Positions 52,072 to 64,000 of a stretch of 64,000 nt of DNA are shown piece after piece; within the stretch, counting starts at the first letter, position 1; each line of letters opens with the position of its first letter. The stretch spans positions 1 to 64,000 of the forward strand of contig NIVC01000934.1 in the NCBI GenBank assembly GCA_002269645.1, written 5' to 3'. The translations under genes were made by a program, and so were the position numbers. This stretch comes from Macrostomum lignano (taxonomy: Eukaryota). Below the pieces are notes generated by a model, which saw only the letters and a program-made list of their open reading frames with translations, was not told the origin of the DNA and did no database searches.

Positions 52072-52862
52072 ATAAAACTGGCAGCAGCAGCAGCGGAAGC
52101 AGCAGAAGGGCCGTCGGCAGAGTCGCAGGAGATTCGTGGGGGCCTGTCGCAGCTGCTAGCCAGCTGGGCTGCTGAGGGACGCCACTCCATCAATCCAACA
52201 CTGCCGCGATACAAGAAAATAGAGCTGTATAAAAACTGCTTAAAAGCAAAGCTAATGCCTCCAGAGCTGAGCTCCTGGCTGGGTTAAAATCCAAGGCCAA
52301 GGTGCTGCAGGCTGCGACTCAATGTACTCGTAACTGTTACATACCTGTTCCACACAACCTGTTACACACAGGCCATACCTGTTACACACAGGCCATACCT
52401 GTTACACACAGGCCATACCTGTTCCACACAGGCCATACCTGTTCCACACAGGCCATACCTGTTACACAAGAGTTACATACCTGTTACACACAGGCCATAC
52501 CTGTTACACACAGGCCATACCTGCTACAGGCTACCTGGCATCCAAATACAGAAGGCCGCCCTGTCAGCACCGGGGCTCATAATTAACATGCAACAGTTAA
52601 TCTTCTAAAGCAGTTGGAGAAGCACATCAGGCAGAAAGTACAACCAGCCTCTGCTGCATCACTAAAACGTACATGTAAAAAAATGTAAGGCGCCCAATTT
52701 GCAGTCATCAATGCAAATACAAATGTATAATTTGTCAGAGTAAAACTACTTGCATAATTAGAATACAGCTTAAAGTGGATTAAATCTGAATCCAAGTTGC
52801 ACACTTCTGCAAGAAATTCTGGAAGCAGCAAAATACCTGCAGAGAACGGATACAAACTATAA
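52072..52862 (+). CDS. Possible 3' exons of an unidentified + strand gene converging on PHKA
   Basis: Exon 52597-52684 (catgcaacAG acceptor, NLLKQLEKHIRQKVQP...TCKK, at|GTAAGG donor) joins in phase with 52769-52862 (LKWIKSESK...YKL*), and AATAAA follows at ~52891. A further open frame starts after a strong acceptor at 52071. No homology recognised. Confidence 0.35.
52340..52525. repeat. 20-bp array TTACACACAGGCCATACCTG
   Basis: Direct reading. Confidence 0.88.
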
Positions 52863-53084
52863 TTAGCTATCAATGCCGATCAACGATGAATAATAAAAAT
52901 GTTGCTAATCAATTGCAAATCTGCTAATAAGGATTAGCATCTACCATAGAGAATTGTTTAAGATTAGCAAATGTAAAATGTAATAACAGGTGAGCCTTGA
53001 AACACTGACAATGGGGTTGAACTGGGTTCTTCACAGCTGGCAGTGGCTGCGAGGGACTGGGGAGGCGAGATATTCCTGACCTGT

Positions 53085-53645
53085 ATGAGTGGGGTGGGTG
53101 TGCAGGGGCAGAGAGGAGTGGGGTGGGTGCAATGGAGCAGAGGAGGAGTGGGATGGGTGCAATGGGGAGTGGGTGGGTGCAATGGAGCAGAGAGGAGTGG
53201 GGTGGGTGCAATGGAGCAGAGAGGAGTGGGGTGGGTGCAATGGAGCAGAGAGGAGTGGGTGGGTGCAATGGAGCAGAGGAGGAGTGGGATGGGTGCAATG
53301 GGGAGTGGGTGGGTGCAATGGAGCAGAGAGGAGTGGGGTGGGTGCAATGGAGCAGAGAGGAGTGGGTGGGTGCAATGGAGCAGAGAGGAGTGGGGTGGGT
53401 GCAATGGAGCAGAGAGGAGTGGGTGGTGCAATGGAGCAGAGAGGAGTGGGGTGGGTGCAATGGGGCAGAGAAGTGGGGTGGGTGCAATTGGGCAGAGGAG
53501 TGGGGTGGGTGCAATGGGGCAGAGAAGTGGGGTGGGTGCAATGGGGCAGAGGAGTGGGGTGGGTGCAATGGGGCAGAGAAGTGGGGTGGGTGCAATGGGG
53601 CAGAGAAGTGGGGTGGGTGCAATGGGGCAGAGAGGAGTGGGGTGG
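53085..53645. repeat. ~27-29-bp array GGGTGGGTGCAATGG(G/A)GCAGAG(A)GGAGTG
   Basis: The same family occurs at 59035-59600. Confidence 0.92.
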
Positions 53646-53809
53646 TTGCAGATATAAGAAATACATTAGGCAGGCAGAGGAGCCAACTAATACAGCAATA
53701 CGCACAGCATCGTCCATGCAAAAGTATCCAAGTGAAGCAAAATTAAAATTGCTGACTCTGTGTGACAATGCAGGGCTATAATCAGAAAGCTACACGGGAC
53801 GGCAGCAGG

Positions 53810-56800
53810 TCACTGAACAGCGCAGTCAACGTCATCTGAGGGCAGCCCAATAAAGTCGGTGAGCGCCCTAAACAAGTAGGTGAGCGTCCCGAACCTGCCA
53901 CTAGGCGCCGAGTCGTAGAAATGCGCGCAGACTCCGTTGGCGCCGCCGCAGGCCAGGCGCTTGTCGTGGCTGCCGGCGCAGCAGGAGGTCGCGTCGCCGC
54001 CGTGAGCGGCCTGGTCGGCCAGGAAGAGGCGGTTGGCCTCGGTGACCAGCTGCTCCACATGCAGCACGCGTCGTAGGTCGATGCAGCGGTGCAGGTCCAG
54101 GTCGGGCAAGCGCACCAGCAGGCTGAGGGCCTCCACCAGCAGCTGGCGGTACTCCGGCTCCTGCACCGCCGTGATGGCCGCCTCCACCTGCAGGGCGAAC
54201 TTCACCTCGCCGGCCGTCATCTCCCTGGTCAGGTGCTGCCCGATCACATGACCATTGATGCTGAGGCCCTCCGTGCGCTCCATCAGGCGCCAGACGCGGC
54301 GGTAGAAGTCGGCCGGCACGCGGTTGAGGGCGCCGTCGATTTTGCGGCGCCGCAGCCACTGGCCCTGTCGGTCGGAGCTGAGGCTCTGGCTGAGCCGCGA
54401 CTCCCCGGACACCGAGGCCGACTGCGGGTCGCTCGGGTGCCGCCGGCGAGGGTCCAGCAGGTGCGAGTCCGCCTGCGGGTGCGGGACCGGAACTGGGGTG
54501 AGATGCGGGACCGGAACTGGGGTGAGATGCGGGAGAGGAACTGGGGTGAGATGCGGGAGAGGAACTGGGGTGAGATGCGGGAGAGGAACTGGGGTGAGAT
54601 GCGGGAGAGGAACTGGGGTGAGATGCGGGAGAGGAACGGGTGAGATGCGGGAGAGGAACTGGGGTGAGATGCGGGAGAGGAACTGGGGTGAGATGCGGGA
54701 GAGGAACTGGGATGAGATGCGGGGCTGGAACTGAGATGAGATGCGGGAATGGAATTGGGATGAGATGCGGGACTATAACTGGGGTGAGATGTGGGAGAGG
54801 AAATGGGGTGAGATGCGGTAGAGGAAATTGGGTGAGATGCGGGACTGGAACTGGAGTGGGATGTGGGAGAGAAAATGTGCCTTTAAAAAGCCACTTTAGG
54901 TTGTATGAAAAATCAAACAAGACTTTTCTATCTATCAAATAAAATTTAGACAGGCGATGCCCACACTCTACTACTACTAGTAAGAGAAAAGCAAAAAATT
55001 GGGCAGTAGAAAATATCACTTGCTATTCAATCAGTGACAGAAGCAGCGTAAACAGAAGACAACAAGTTATTTTAAAGCGTGCCGTAGAGCAAGGGAAGTT
55101 GAACGAGAATTGCGGTGAGATGCGGACCGGAACTGGTGTGAGATGCGGACCGGAACTGGTGTGAGATGCGGACTGGAACTGGTGTGAGATGCGGACCGGA
55201 ACTGGTGTGAGATGCGGACCGGAACTGGTGTGAGATGCGGACCGGAACTGGTGTGAGATGCGGACCGGAACTGGTGTGAGATGCGGACCGGAACTGGTGT
55301 GAGATGCGGACCAAAACTGGTGTGAGATGCGGACCGGAACTGGTGTGAGATGCGGACCGGAACTGGTGTGAGATGCGGACCGGGAACTGGTGTGAGATGC
55401 GGACCGGAACTGGTGTGAGATGTGGACCGGAACTGGTGTGAGATGCGGACCGGAACTGGTGTGAGATGCGGACCGGAACTGGTGTGAGATGCGGACCGGA
55501 ACTGGTGTGAGATGTGGACCGGAACTGGTGTGAGATGCGGACCGGAACTGGTGTGAGATGCGGACTGGAACTGGTGTGAGATGCGGACCGGAACTGGTGT
55601 GAGATGTGGACCGGAACTGGTGTAAGATGCGGACTGGAACTGGTGTGAGATGCGGACCGGAACTGGTGTGAGATGCGGACTGGAACTGGTGTGAGATGCG
55701 GACCGGAACTGGTGTGAGATGCGGACCAAAACTGGTGTGAGATGCGGACCGGAACTGGTGTGAGATGCGGACCGGAACTGGTGTGAGATGTGGACCGGAA
55801 CTGGTGTGAGATGCGGACCGGAACTGGTGTGAGATGCGGACCGGAACTGGTGTGAGATGCGGACCGGAACTGGTGTGAGATGCGGACCGGAACTGGTGTG
55901 AGATGCGGACCGGAACTGGTGTGAGATGTGGACCGGAACTGGTGTGAGATGCGGACCGGAACTGGTGTGAGATGTGGACCGGAACTGGTGTGAGATGCGG
56001 ACCGGAACTGGTGTGAGATGCGGACCGGAACTTTGTTTCTAGGAAAAAATATTTTGAAGGCTTTCATTTTCCGGAAATTGAGACGATACAATCAAGCGGA
56101 ACGCTCGATCGTCACGTCACAGAATTCGTGTTCCGAAAATGTGAATGTTTTTGAGAACGAAAATCTTTAAAACCAATTTTCCTAGAAACGAATCGCCTCG
56201 TGTGCACCACCAGCTAACCGTCGGGTCCTTCAATACGACGAAAACACGGAGACTTCATATGAATACAAGAGGCAAAGTGCTAATGTTAAAGACAGGTACA
56301 AAGCACAATTGATTAGGGCACAGAGCAGTTGAAACAAAGTGTATTATTAGTGACAGGTGCAGTTGGCAACATGCGGGTAAGCTGTGGGCTTATAGCGTGA
56401 AAGCAAAGACTGTCTGATCAGCTCCCTGCTGAGCTGCCTCTCACCTCCACAACAATTTTTCGATTGCCAACTGAAGTGGAGAAATATGAAAGTGAAACTG
56501 CGGTGAGGTGTTGACAGACTTTTCCTAGCTAGCATATGATTCAGTGAATAATTGACAAAATGCTTCATTTACTGGCGAGTATTAAGTAGCGAGTGTGCGC
56601 ATTCGCTTTTTGTTTCACAAATTCATCATCAACTTAAATTATGAATTTTTCATTAGCGAGCATTGCTGCGCGACCTGCGTAGAAGGGGGTCGAATTCATG
56701 AAGCTGTGGGCGCTTGCAGGGATGCCGCAGGGTCAGATAAGGTCACAATAAGGCAGAGGTCATTTCAGGTCACTTTAAAGATATAGGGTCAGTTTTGAGG

Positions 56801-59800
56801 CAGCTAGAGCCGTAGGGTTTAACAGGGGTCAGATCGAGACGGAGGAGTCAGCTGGGGTCAAATAGAGACGGAGGGGTCAGTTGGGGTCAAATAGAGACGG
56901 AGGGGTCAGCTGGGGTCAAATAGAGACTAGGGGTCAGCTGGGGTCAAATAGAGACGGAGGGGTCAGCTGGGGTCAGATAGAGACTGAGGGGTCAGCTGGG
57001 GTCAAATAGAGACGGAGGGGTCAGCTGGGGTCAAATAGAGACTAAGGGGTCAGTTAGGGGTCAAATAGAGACAGGGGGTCAGCTGGGGTCAAATAGAGAC
57101 TAGGGGTCAGTTGGGGGTCAAATAGAGACGGAGGGGTCAGCTGGGGTCAAATAGAGACTGAGGGGTCAGTTAGGGGTCAAATAGAGACAGAGGGGTCAGC
57201 TGGAGTTTAATAGAGACTGAGGGGTCAGTTAGGGGTCAGATAGAGACTGAGGGGTCAGTTAGGGGTCAAATAGAGACAGAGGGGTCAGCTGGGGTCTAAT
57301 AGAGACTGAGGGGTCAGTTAGGGGTCAGATAGAGACTGAGGGGTCAGTTGTTGTTGTTGCTAAACGAGGTGGGTAGCCTAGGGGCTCCCTCGGATCAGCC
57401 CAGGGAAGGGCTCTGCCGCTGGAATATAGGGGCACATCTACCAGGGACAGATAGCCCGAGCAGCCCAGATTAGGACCTGACGTCATGGTCAGGGAAAAAA
57501 CCTTATTGGGGCTACTAGCTCAAGCCTATGGACTAAGACACCGCTGACCAACAGTGGAATCAGGGAGGGTGCTAGGACCGAGTCCACTCAAGCCACCACC
57601 CAGCAGACAAATCCCGGGAGTGCGCGAAAAAAGATAGGAAAAACTTCGAAATACTACTGAAAGCGATCCGAGAGCGGGGAGACCAAGTCTACGGAAAGGG
57701 GCACAAGGAGCAAGAGGAACCCGGACTCAGCCGGTATTCCCCAGGACTCCAATCTACTGTCAGTGATGAGAGCCGAGATACAATAAGCAGGGAGACAACC
57801 AGAGGAACCAGCAGATGAATCAAGGCAAAACACGAAGATAAAAGCATAAAAGCACAAAGGGATAAAACAAAAATGGGAGAAGCACCGGAACCCTAAACCC
57901 GGGGCTCAGCCTCAGAGCTGGCATCAACTGGGCTCTACCGTACACTTTTGTGAATGGTCGTCTTTCCTGCAGGGCGGTTGCGACCGGGGGGGGGCTCAAG
58001 TCCCGTTCTAGCCACACTGCAGTCAAGAATTCCAACTCACTCCAGGTACACCCACAGATACTAGAATAACTGTGGGTGTACCTGGTTACTCTAGGTTATT
58101 CTAGTATCTGTGGGTACACCCCCCTAACCCAAGGCCGATGGCCAAACAATTGGAATGAAAAAGTAGGGTTATTTTTAGATGTGTATACATTGCCTCCGGC
58201 AAGGACACTTAGAGATTGGGCTATAGAACTATAGACCGTCTTTAGAGAGCGTCTTTACGTCAAAAGGGTCAGTTAGGGGTCAAATAAAGACTGAGAGATC
58301 AGTTGGGTTCAAATAGAGACTGGGGGTCAGTAGAGACGTAGAGGTCAATTGGGGTCATTTAAAGTCAAAAATGGGTAGGCGTCTGTTGAGTCGGAGGTCA
58401 GGGGTCATTTAGGGTCAGATAGAGAGAGGGGTCAGTTAAGGGTCAAATAGAGACGTAGAAGTCAATTAGGGTCATTTAAGGTCAAATACGGGTAGGGGTC
58501 TGTTGGGTTCAGTTGGTCAGATAGAGGTCAGGGGTCATTTCGGGTCAGAGAGAAGCAGCTGGGTCACAAAGGACCAAAGCAAGGTGGCACTAACTGTCTG
58601 CTTGGGCCCCACAGACTTGGAGCCGCTGGAGCCGAGGCGGCCCCGCTGGCCGTAGAAGCTGCGGCTGAGCTCGGTCTCGTTGGCGGACACGATGGTGATG
58701 TGGGAGGCGCCGCCCTGGGACAGCGGGACTGAAAGTGAGCGATTGGTTGGACGGGGGCGACAGTGCAGTTAAAATCATCAGGTAAGATAAATGCAGGGTG
58801 CCTCCATTGCACGCGCGACTGAAACTTAAAATAGTGAGTTAATCTGCTTGGCAGGTAAAATCCTTGCTAACTGTTTAAGAGAATTCTGTCAGCAACTCAC
58901 CGTATTCGGCGTGGAACTCCTTGCCGCTGAGGATGTGGTGCAGCAGGGTCTTCATTTCGAATGGGCTCAGACTGAGCAAATGCTCGGTGGCGTCTTCGGC
59001 TGTGAAAACATAGGGGGGGGGTTTGAAGTAGCTGAGGAGTGGGGTGGGTGCAATGGGGCAGAGGAGGAGTGAGGTTGGTGCAGTGGGGCAGAGGAGGAGT
59101 GAGGTTGGTGCAGTGGGGCAGATGAGGAATGAGGTTGGTGCAGTGGGGCAGATGAGGAGTGGGGTGGGTGCTATGGGGCAGAGGAGGAATGGGGTGGGTG
59201 CTATGGGGCAGAGGAGCAATGGGGTGGGTGCCATGGGGCAGATAAGGAGTAGGGTGGGTGCAATGACGCAGAGGAGGAGTGGGTGGGGTGCAATGGGGCA
59301 GAGGAGCGGTGGGGTGGGTGCAATGGGGCAGAGAGGAGCGGTGGGGTGGGTGCAATGGGGCAGAGGAGCGGTTAGGTGGGTGCAATGGGGCAGAGGAGGA
59401 GTGGGGTGGGTGCAATGGGGCAGAGAGGAGCGGTGGGGTGGGTGCAATGGGGCAGAGGAGCGGTTAGGTGGGTGCAATGGGGCAGAGGAGCGGTTAGGTG
59501 GGTGCAATGGGGCAGAGGAGGAGTGGGGTGGGTGCAATGGGGCAGAGAGGAGCGGTGGGATGGGTGAAATGGGGCAGAGAGGAGTGGAATGAAGGGTAGA
59601 GGAGCAGAGAAGAGTGGTGTGAGGGCAGAGGGCAGAGTGGATACAGCCAAAGCCTCACCGTTCAGCCGGAGCGAGCGGCCGATCTCAGTGCCCATTACGC
59701 GGATGATGAGGCCCACCCGAATCCGGTACATGTTGGCGAAGAGCTGCGGCTCAGTCCTGGCCAGCATGCTCAGGTACACCAGCACCTCCTGCGTGAGAAC

Positions 59801-62800
59801 GCCCAGCGTGAGGTCATTGAAACTCGCCTGCTTGATGAGCTCCCTGAGCTGCTGTGAGGACTGCGGCGAAACGATGAGGCAGTTCTCGGGCTCCGGCGGC
59901 AGGCCGATGGTGACCTGCTTCTGGCGCACCAGCAGGTCCGTGATGCACACTGGCAGGTTCTCCACCGCCTTCTCCAGCATGCCCGCGGTGTACCGGACCA
60001 GCCACCACTGCTTGGTGGCGCCCGCCCGCTCGTACAGCTCCGCCACGAGGTCACGCAGGGTCACCGATCCGCTCTTCTCCTTCCAGCCGGTGTCATAGTT
60101 CAGGCCTCTGCGGCGCGGGAGGTGCAGGGGACCCTCATCTTTGACCAGCTTCTTTAAGTACCGTTCCACTACCTAAACTTCCGTCTCTTCCCTTACCTTA
60201 TCTTCCTCACTCACTTCTCTTCCCCTCTCTTATCTCCCCTCTCCCATCCCCAGCCAGCCCAGCGCCTCACTTGTCAATATAGAGCTGGTAGATGATCTCA
60301 AACTGCTCATAGAGGTGCTCAGACTGCTCAAGCCGCCTGAGCAGCTCCTTCTCAGCCAGCTCGGACAGGCGGCAGGCCGGCGAGTCCTGGCGCTCGATGT
60401 GCTTGCGTTTGAAGATCTTCATCAGGTCAGAGTTGTCCGCCTTCTCAATTGAGTCCTTCAGGACGTACTTTGCTGGAGTTGGGGAGAGTGAGGGGGAAAT
60501 TTGGCGGCATCCGGATTGGCTGCGGCAGTCACGTGACGGCTCAGCACAAGCACAAAGGGCGCTCTTCACACAGTATTGATTTATGTCCAAAAATAGCAGG
60601 ATTAATTATATAATGGTATGCTTGAAGATTAACAACTAATTGCAAGTATCTATAATGTTAGACGGATTAGCAATCCATTCTGATCCCGCATCCATGATAG
60701 GCTAGATTAGCAATCCATTCTATTCCTGCATCCATGATAGGCTAGATTAGCAATCCATTCTATTCCTGCACCCATGATAGGCTAGATTAGCAATCCATTC
60801 TATTCCTGCATCCATGATAGGCTAGATTAGCAATCCATTCTATTCTTGCACCCATGATAGGCTAGATTAGCAATCCATTCTGATCCTGCACCCATGATAG
60901 GCTAGATTAGCAATCCATTCTATTCCTGCAGCCATGATAGGCTAGATTAGCAATCCATTCTATTCCTGCAGCCATGATAGGCTAGATTAGCAATCCATTC
61001 TATTCCTGCAGCCATGATAGGCTAGATTAGCAATCCATTCTATTCTTGCACCCATGATAGGCTAGATTAGCAATCCATTCAATTCCTGCATCCATGATAG
61101 GCTAGATTAGCAATCCATTCTGATCCCGCATCCATGATAGGCTAGATTAGCAATCCATTCTATTCCTGCACCCATGATAGGCTAGATTAGCAATCCATTC
61201 TGATCCCGCATCCATGATAGGCTAGATTAGCAATCCATTCTATTCCTGCATCCATGATAGGCTAGATTAGCAATCCATTCTATTCCTGCATCCATGATAG
61301 GCTACATTAGCAATCCATTCTGATCCCGCATCCATGATAGGCTAGATTAGCAATCCATTCTATTCCTGCACCCATGATAGGCTAGATTAGCAATCCATTC
61401 TATTCCTGCATCCATGATAGGCTAGATTAGCAATCCATTCTATTCCTGCACCCATGATAGGCTAGATTAGCAATCCATTCTATTCTTGCACCCATGATAG
61501 GCTAGATTAGTAATCCATTCTATTCCTGCACCCATGATAGGCTAGATTAGCAATCCATTCTATTCCTGCACCCATGATAGGCTAGATTAGCAATCCATTC
61601 TATTCCTGCACCCATGATAGGCTAGATTAGCAATCCATTCTATTCCTGCACATGATAGGCTAGATTAGCAATCCATTCTATTCCTGCATCTATGATAGGC
61701 TAGATTAGCAATCCATTCTATTCCTGCATCTATGATAGGCTAGATTAGCAATCCATTCTATTCTTGCACCCATGATAGGCTGGATTAGCAATCCATTCTT
61801 TTCTTACGCCCATGATAGGCTAGATTAGCAATCCATTCTGATCCTGCATCCATGATAGGCTAGATTAGCAATCCATTCTATTCCTGCATCCATGATAGGC
61901 TAGATTAGCGATCCATTCTATTCTTGCACCCATGATAGGCTAGATTAGCAATCCATTCTGATCCCGCATCCATGATAGGCTAGATTAGCAATCCATTCTA
62001 TTCCTGCACCCATGATAGGCTAGATTAGCAATCCATTCTGATCCCGCATCCATGATAGGCTAGATTAGCAATCCATTCTATTCCTGCATCCATGATAGGC
62101 TAGATTAGCAATCCATTCTATTCCCGCATCCATGATAGGCTAGATTAGCAATCCATTCTATTCCTGCACCCATGATAGGCTAGATTAGCAATCCATTCTA
62201 TTTCTGCACCCATGATAGGCTAGATTAGCAATCCATTCTATTCCTGCACCCATGATAGGCTAGATTAGCAATCCATTCTATTCCTGCACCCATGATAGGC
62301 TAGATTAGCAATCCATTCTATTCCTGCACCCATGATAGGCTAGATTAGCAATCCATTCTATTTCTGCACCCATGATAGGCTAGATTAGCAATCCATTCTA
62401 TTCTTGCGCCCATGATAGGCTAGATTAGCAATCCATTCTGATCCTGCACCCATGATAGGCTAGATTAGCAATCCATTCTATTCCTGCACCCATGATAGGC
62501 TAGATTAGCAATCCATTCTATTTCTGCACCCATGATAGGCTAGATTAGCAATCCATTCTATTCTTGCGCCCATGATAGGCTAGATTAGCAATCCATTCTG
62601 ATCCTGCACCCATGATAGGCTAGATTAGCAATCCATTCTGATCCTGCACCCATGATAGGCTAGATTAGCAATCCATTCTATTCTTGCACCCATGATAGGC
62701 TACATTAGCAATCCATTCTATTCCTGCACCCATGATAGGCTAGATTAGCAATCCATTCTATTCCTGCACCCATGATAGGCTAGATTAGCAATCCATTCTA

Positions 62801-63656
62801 TTCCTGCACCCATGATAGGCTAGATTAGCGATCCATTCTATTCTTGCACCCATGATAGGCTAGATTAGCAATCCATTCTATTCCTGCACCCATGATAGGC
62901 TAGATTAGCAATCCATTCTGATCCTGCATCCATGATAGGCTAGATTAGTAATCCATTCTGATCCTGCATCCATGATAGGCTAGATTAGCAATCCATTCTA
63001 TTCCTGCACACATGATAGCTAGATTAGCAATCCATTCTATTCTTGCACCCATGATAGGCTAGATTAGCAATCCATTCTGATCCTGCACCCATGATAGGCT
63101 AGATTAGCAATCCATTCTATTCCTGCATCCATGATAGGCTAGATTAGCAATCCATTCTATTCTTGCACCCATGATAGGCTAGATTAGCAATCCATTCTGA
63201 TCCTGCACCCATGATAGGCTAGATTAGCAATCCATTCTGATCCTGCACCCATGATAGGCTAGATTAGCAATCCATTCTGATACTGCACACAGTAGTAGTG
63301 AATATTAACGCAGAAAATTATTGTCAATCATATCATTACGTGAGCGGAAGCGGTGCAGTGAGTTAATCGTGATAAATAAATAATTTAAGTGAACAAAAAT
63401 CAATGAATAATCAACTTCACTGCGAGTTAAACACAGAAGCTGCAGAAAAAATGCTTGAACAATTAAGTGACTAAAAGAAGAAACCGGATATCGTGTCAGC
63501 CCGGTCAGCGGGCTCTCCGCCAGCTACCTGAGGAGTCGCTGCTACGTCGGCTGCAGCTGACCGGCTTGCTGCTGCTTTTGGCGTCTTGCGCCCTGCGGAC
63601 TGCCGCCTCTGCTGCTGCTGCCACTGCGGCAAGGAGTGGAGATGGGTGGACGGCTA
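53810..63656 (-). CDS. PHKA1/2: Phosphorylase b kinase regulatory subunit alpha, 3' part (gene continues past the window end)
   Basis: Exons: ~63656-63528 (tentative), 60472-60271, 60107-59659, 58999-58901, 58728-58595, 54472-53810; phases consistent. Motifs: ITDLLVRQKQVTIGLPPEPE, FANMYRIRVGLII, LSPFEMKTLLHHILSGKEF, QGQWLRRRKIDGALNRVP, EMTAGEVKF, YDSAPSGRFGT, and C-terminal CAAX box CAVQ*. Confidence 0.93.
54482..54870. repeat. 24-bp array GGAACTGGGGTGAGATGCGGGAGA next to the PHKA terminal acceptor
   Basis: Direct reading. Confidence 0.9.
55113..56032. repeat. 23-bp array GGAACTGGTGTGAGATGCGGACC
   Basis: Direct reading; related to 54482-54870. Confidence 0.95.
56800..58550. repeat. GGGGTCAG(C/T)T..GGGGTCAAATAGAGAC array, interrupted by the insertion at 57350-58265
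   Basis: Direct reading. Confidence 0.85.
57350..58265 (-). mobile_element. Retroposon-like (SINE or truncated non-LTR) insertion with a (CAA)n 3' tail, in a PHKA intron
   Basis: Unique 916-bp sequence interrupts the GGGGTCAG/AAATAGAGAC array and begins with (GTT)n on the + strand. It is flanked by GGGTCAGTT on both sides (57341-57349, 58266-58274), a possible TSD. No recognisable ORF. Confidence 0.55.
59035..59600. repeat. GGGTGGGTGCAATGGGGCAGAGGAG array in a PHKA intron
   Basis: Direct reading. Confidence 0.9.
60660..63290. repeat. 40-bp array CATGATAGGCTAGATTAGCAATCCATTCTATTCCTGCACC (~65 copies)
   Basis: Direct reading. Confidence 0.97.
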
Positions 63657-63689
63657 CTGCGGGGACGCAGTCGGTGATCTGTGACTCAC

Positions 63690-64000
63690 TGTCAGTGCCT
63701 CATTCTCAGTGCCTCACTGTCAGTGTCTCACTCTCAGTGCTTCACTTTCAGTGCCTCATTCTCAGTGCCTCACTTTCAGTGCCTCACTCTCAGTGCCTCA
63801 CTCTCAGTGCCTCACTCTCAGTGCCTCACTCTCAGTGCCTCACTCTCAGTGCATCACTGTCAGTGCCTCATTCTCAGTGCCTCACTGTCAGTGCCTCACT
63901 CTCAGTGCCTCACTCTCAGTGCCTCACTCTCAGTGCATCACTGTCAGTGCCTCATTCTCAGTGCATCACTCTCAGTGCCTCACTCTCAGTGCCTCACTCT
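63690..64000. repeat. 14-bp array CAGTGCCTCACTCT (runs off the window end)
   Basis: Direct reading. Confidence 0.93.

Overview
Eukaryotic (metazoan) genomic DNA: GC-rich spliced exons with canonical GT-AG introns, most large introns filled by their own minisatellite. The style suggests a repeat-rich invertebrate such as a Macrostomum-type flatworm (inference only). I assembled the genes by hand, checking splice phase: (1) terminal exon of a Tudor/AKAP1-like protein (+); (2) an 18-exon TRPM2-like channel with a C-terminal NUDT9-H domain (-, 6919-22223, about 1600 aa, first exon not found); (3) a 5-exon MTMR3/4-like myotubularin (+, ~28901-37759); (4) a single-exon KCTD8/12/16-like gene (-); (5) the 3' part of phosphorylase kinase alpha (-, 53810 to beyond the window); (6) a possible orphan + strand gene ending at 52862. 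Mobile DNA includes an internally deleted mariner with ~120-bp TIRs and a (CAA)n-tailed retroposon-like insert. Most long ORFs in the supplied track are tandem-repeat artefacts. Most interesting leads: the TRPM2-like channel keeps an invertebrate-type acidic filter but has lost the Nudix box and several ADP-ribose contacts; some minisatellite units are copies of the adjacent splice signal; a 28S rRNA-like fragment spanning the R2 target site sits in an intron; the MTMR3/4 appears to lack FYVE; and the retroposon insert carries competing 16- and 20-bp hairpins.
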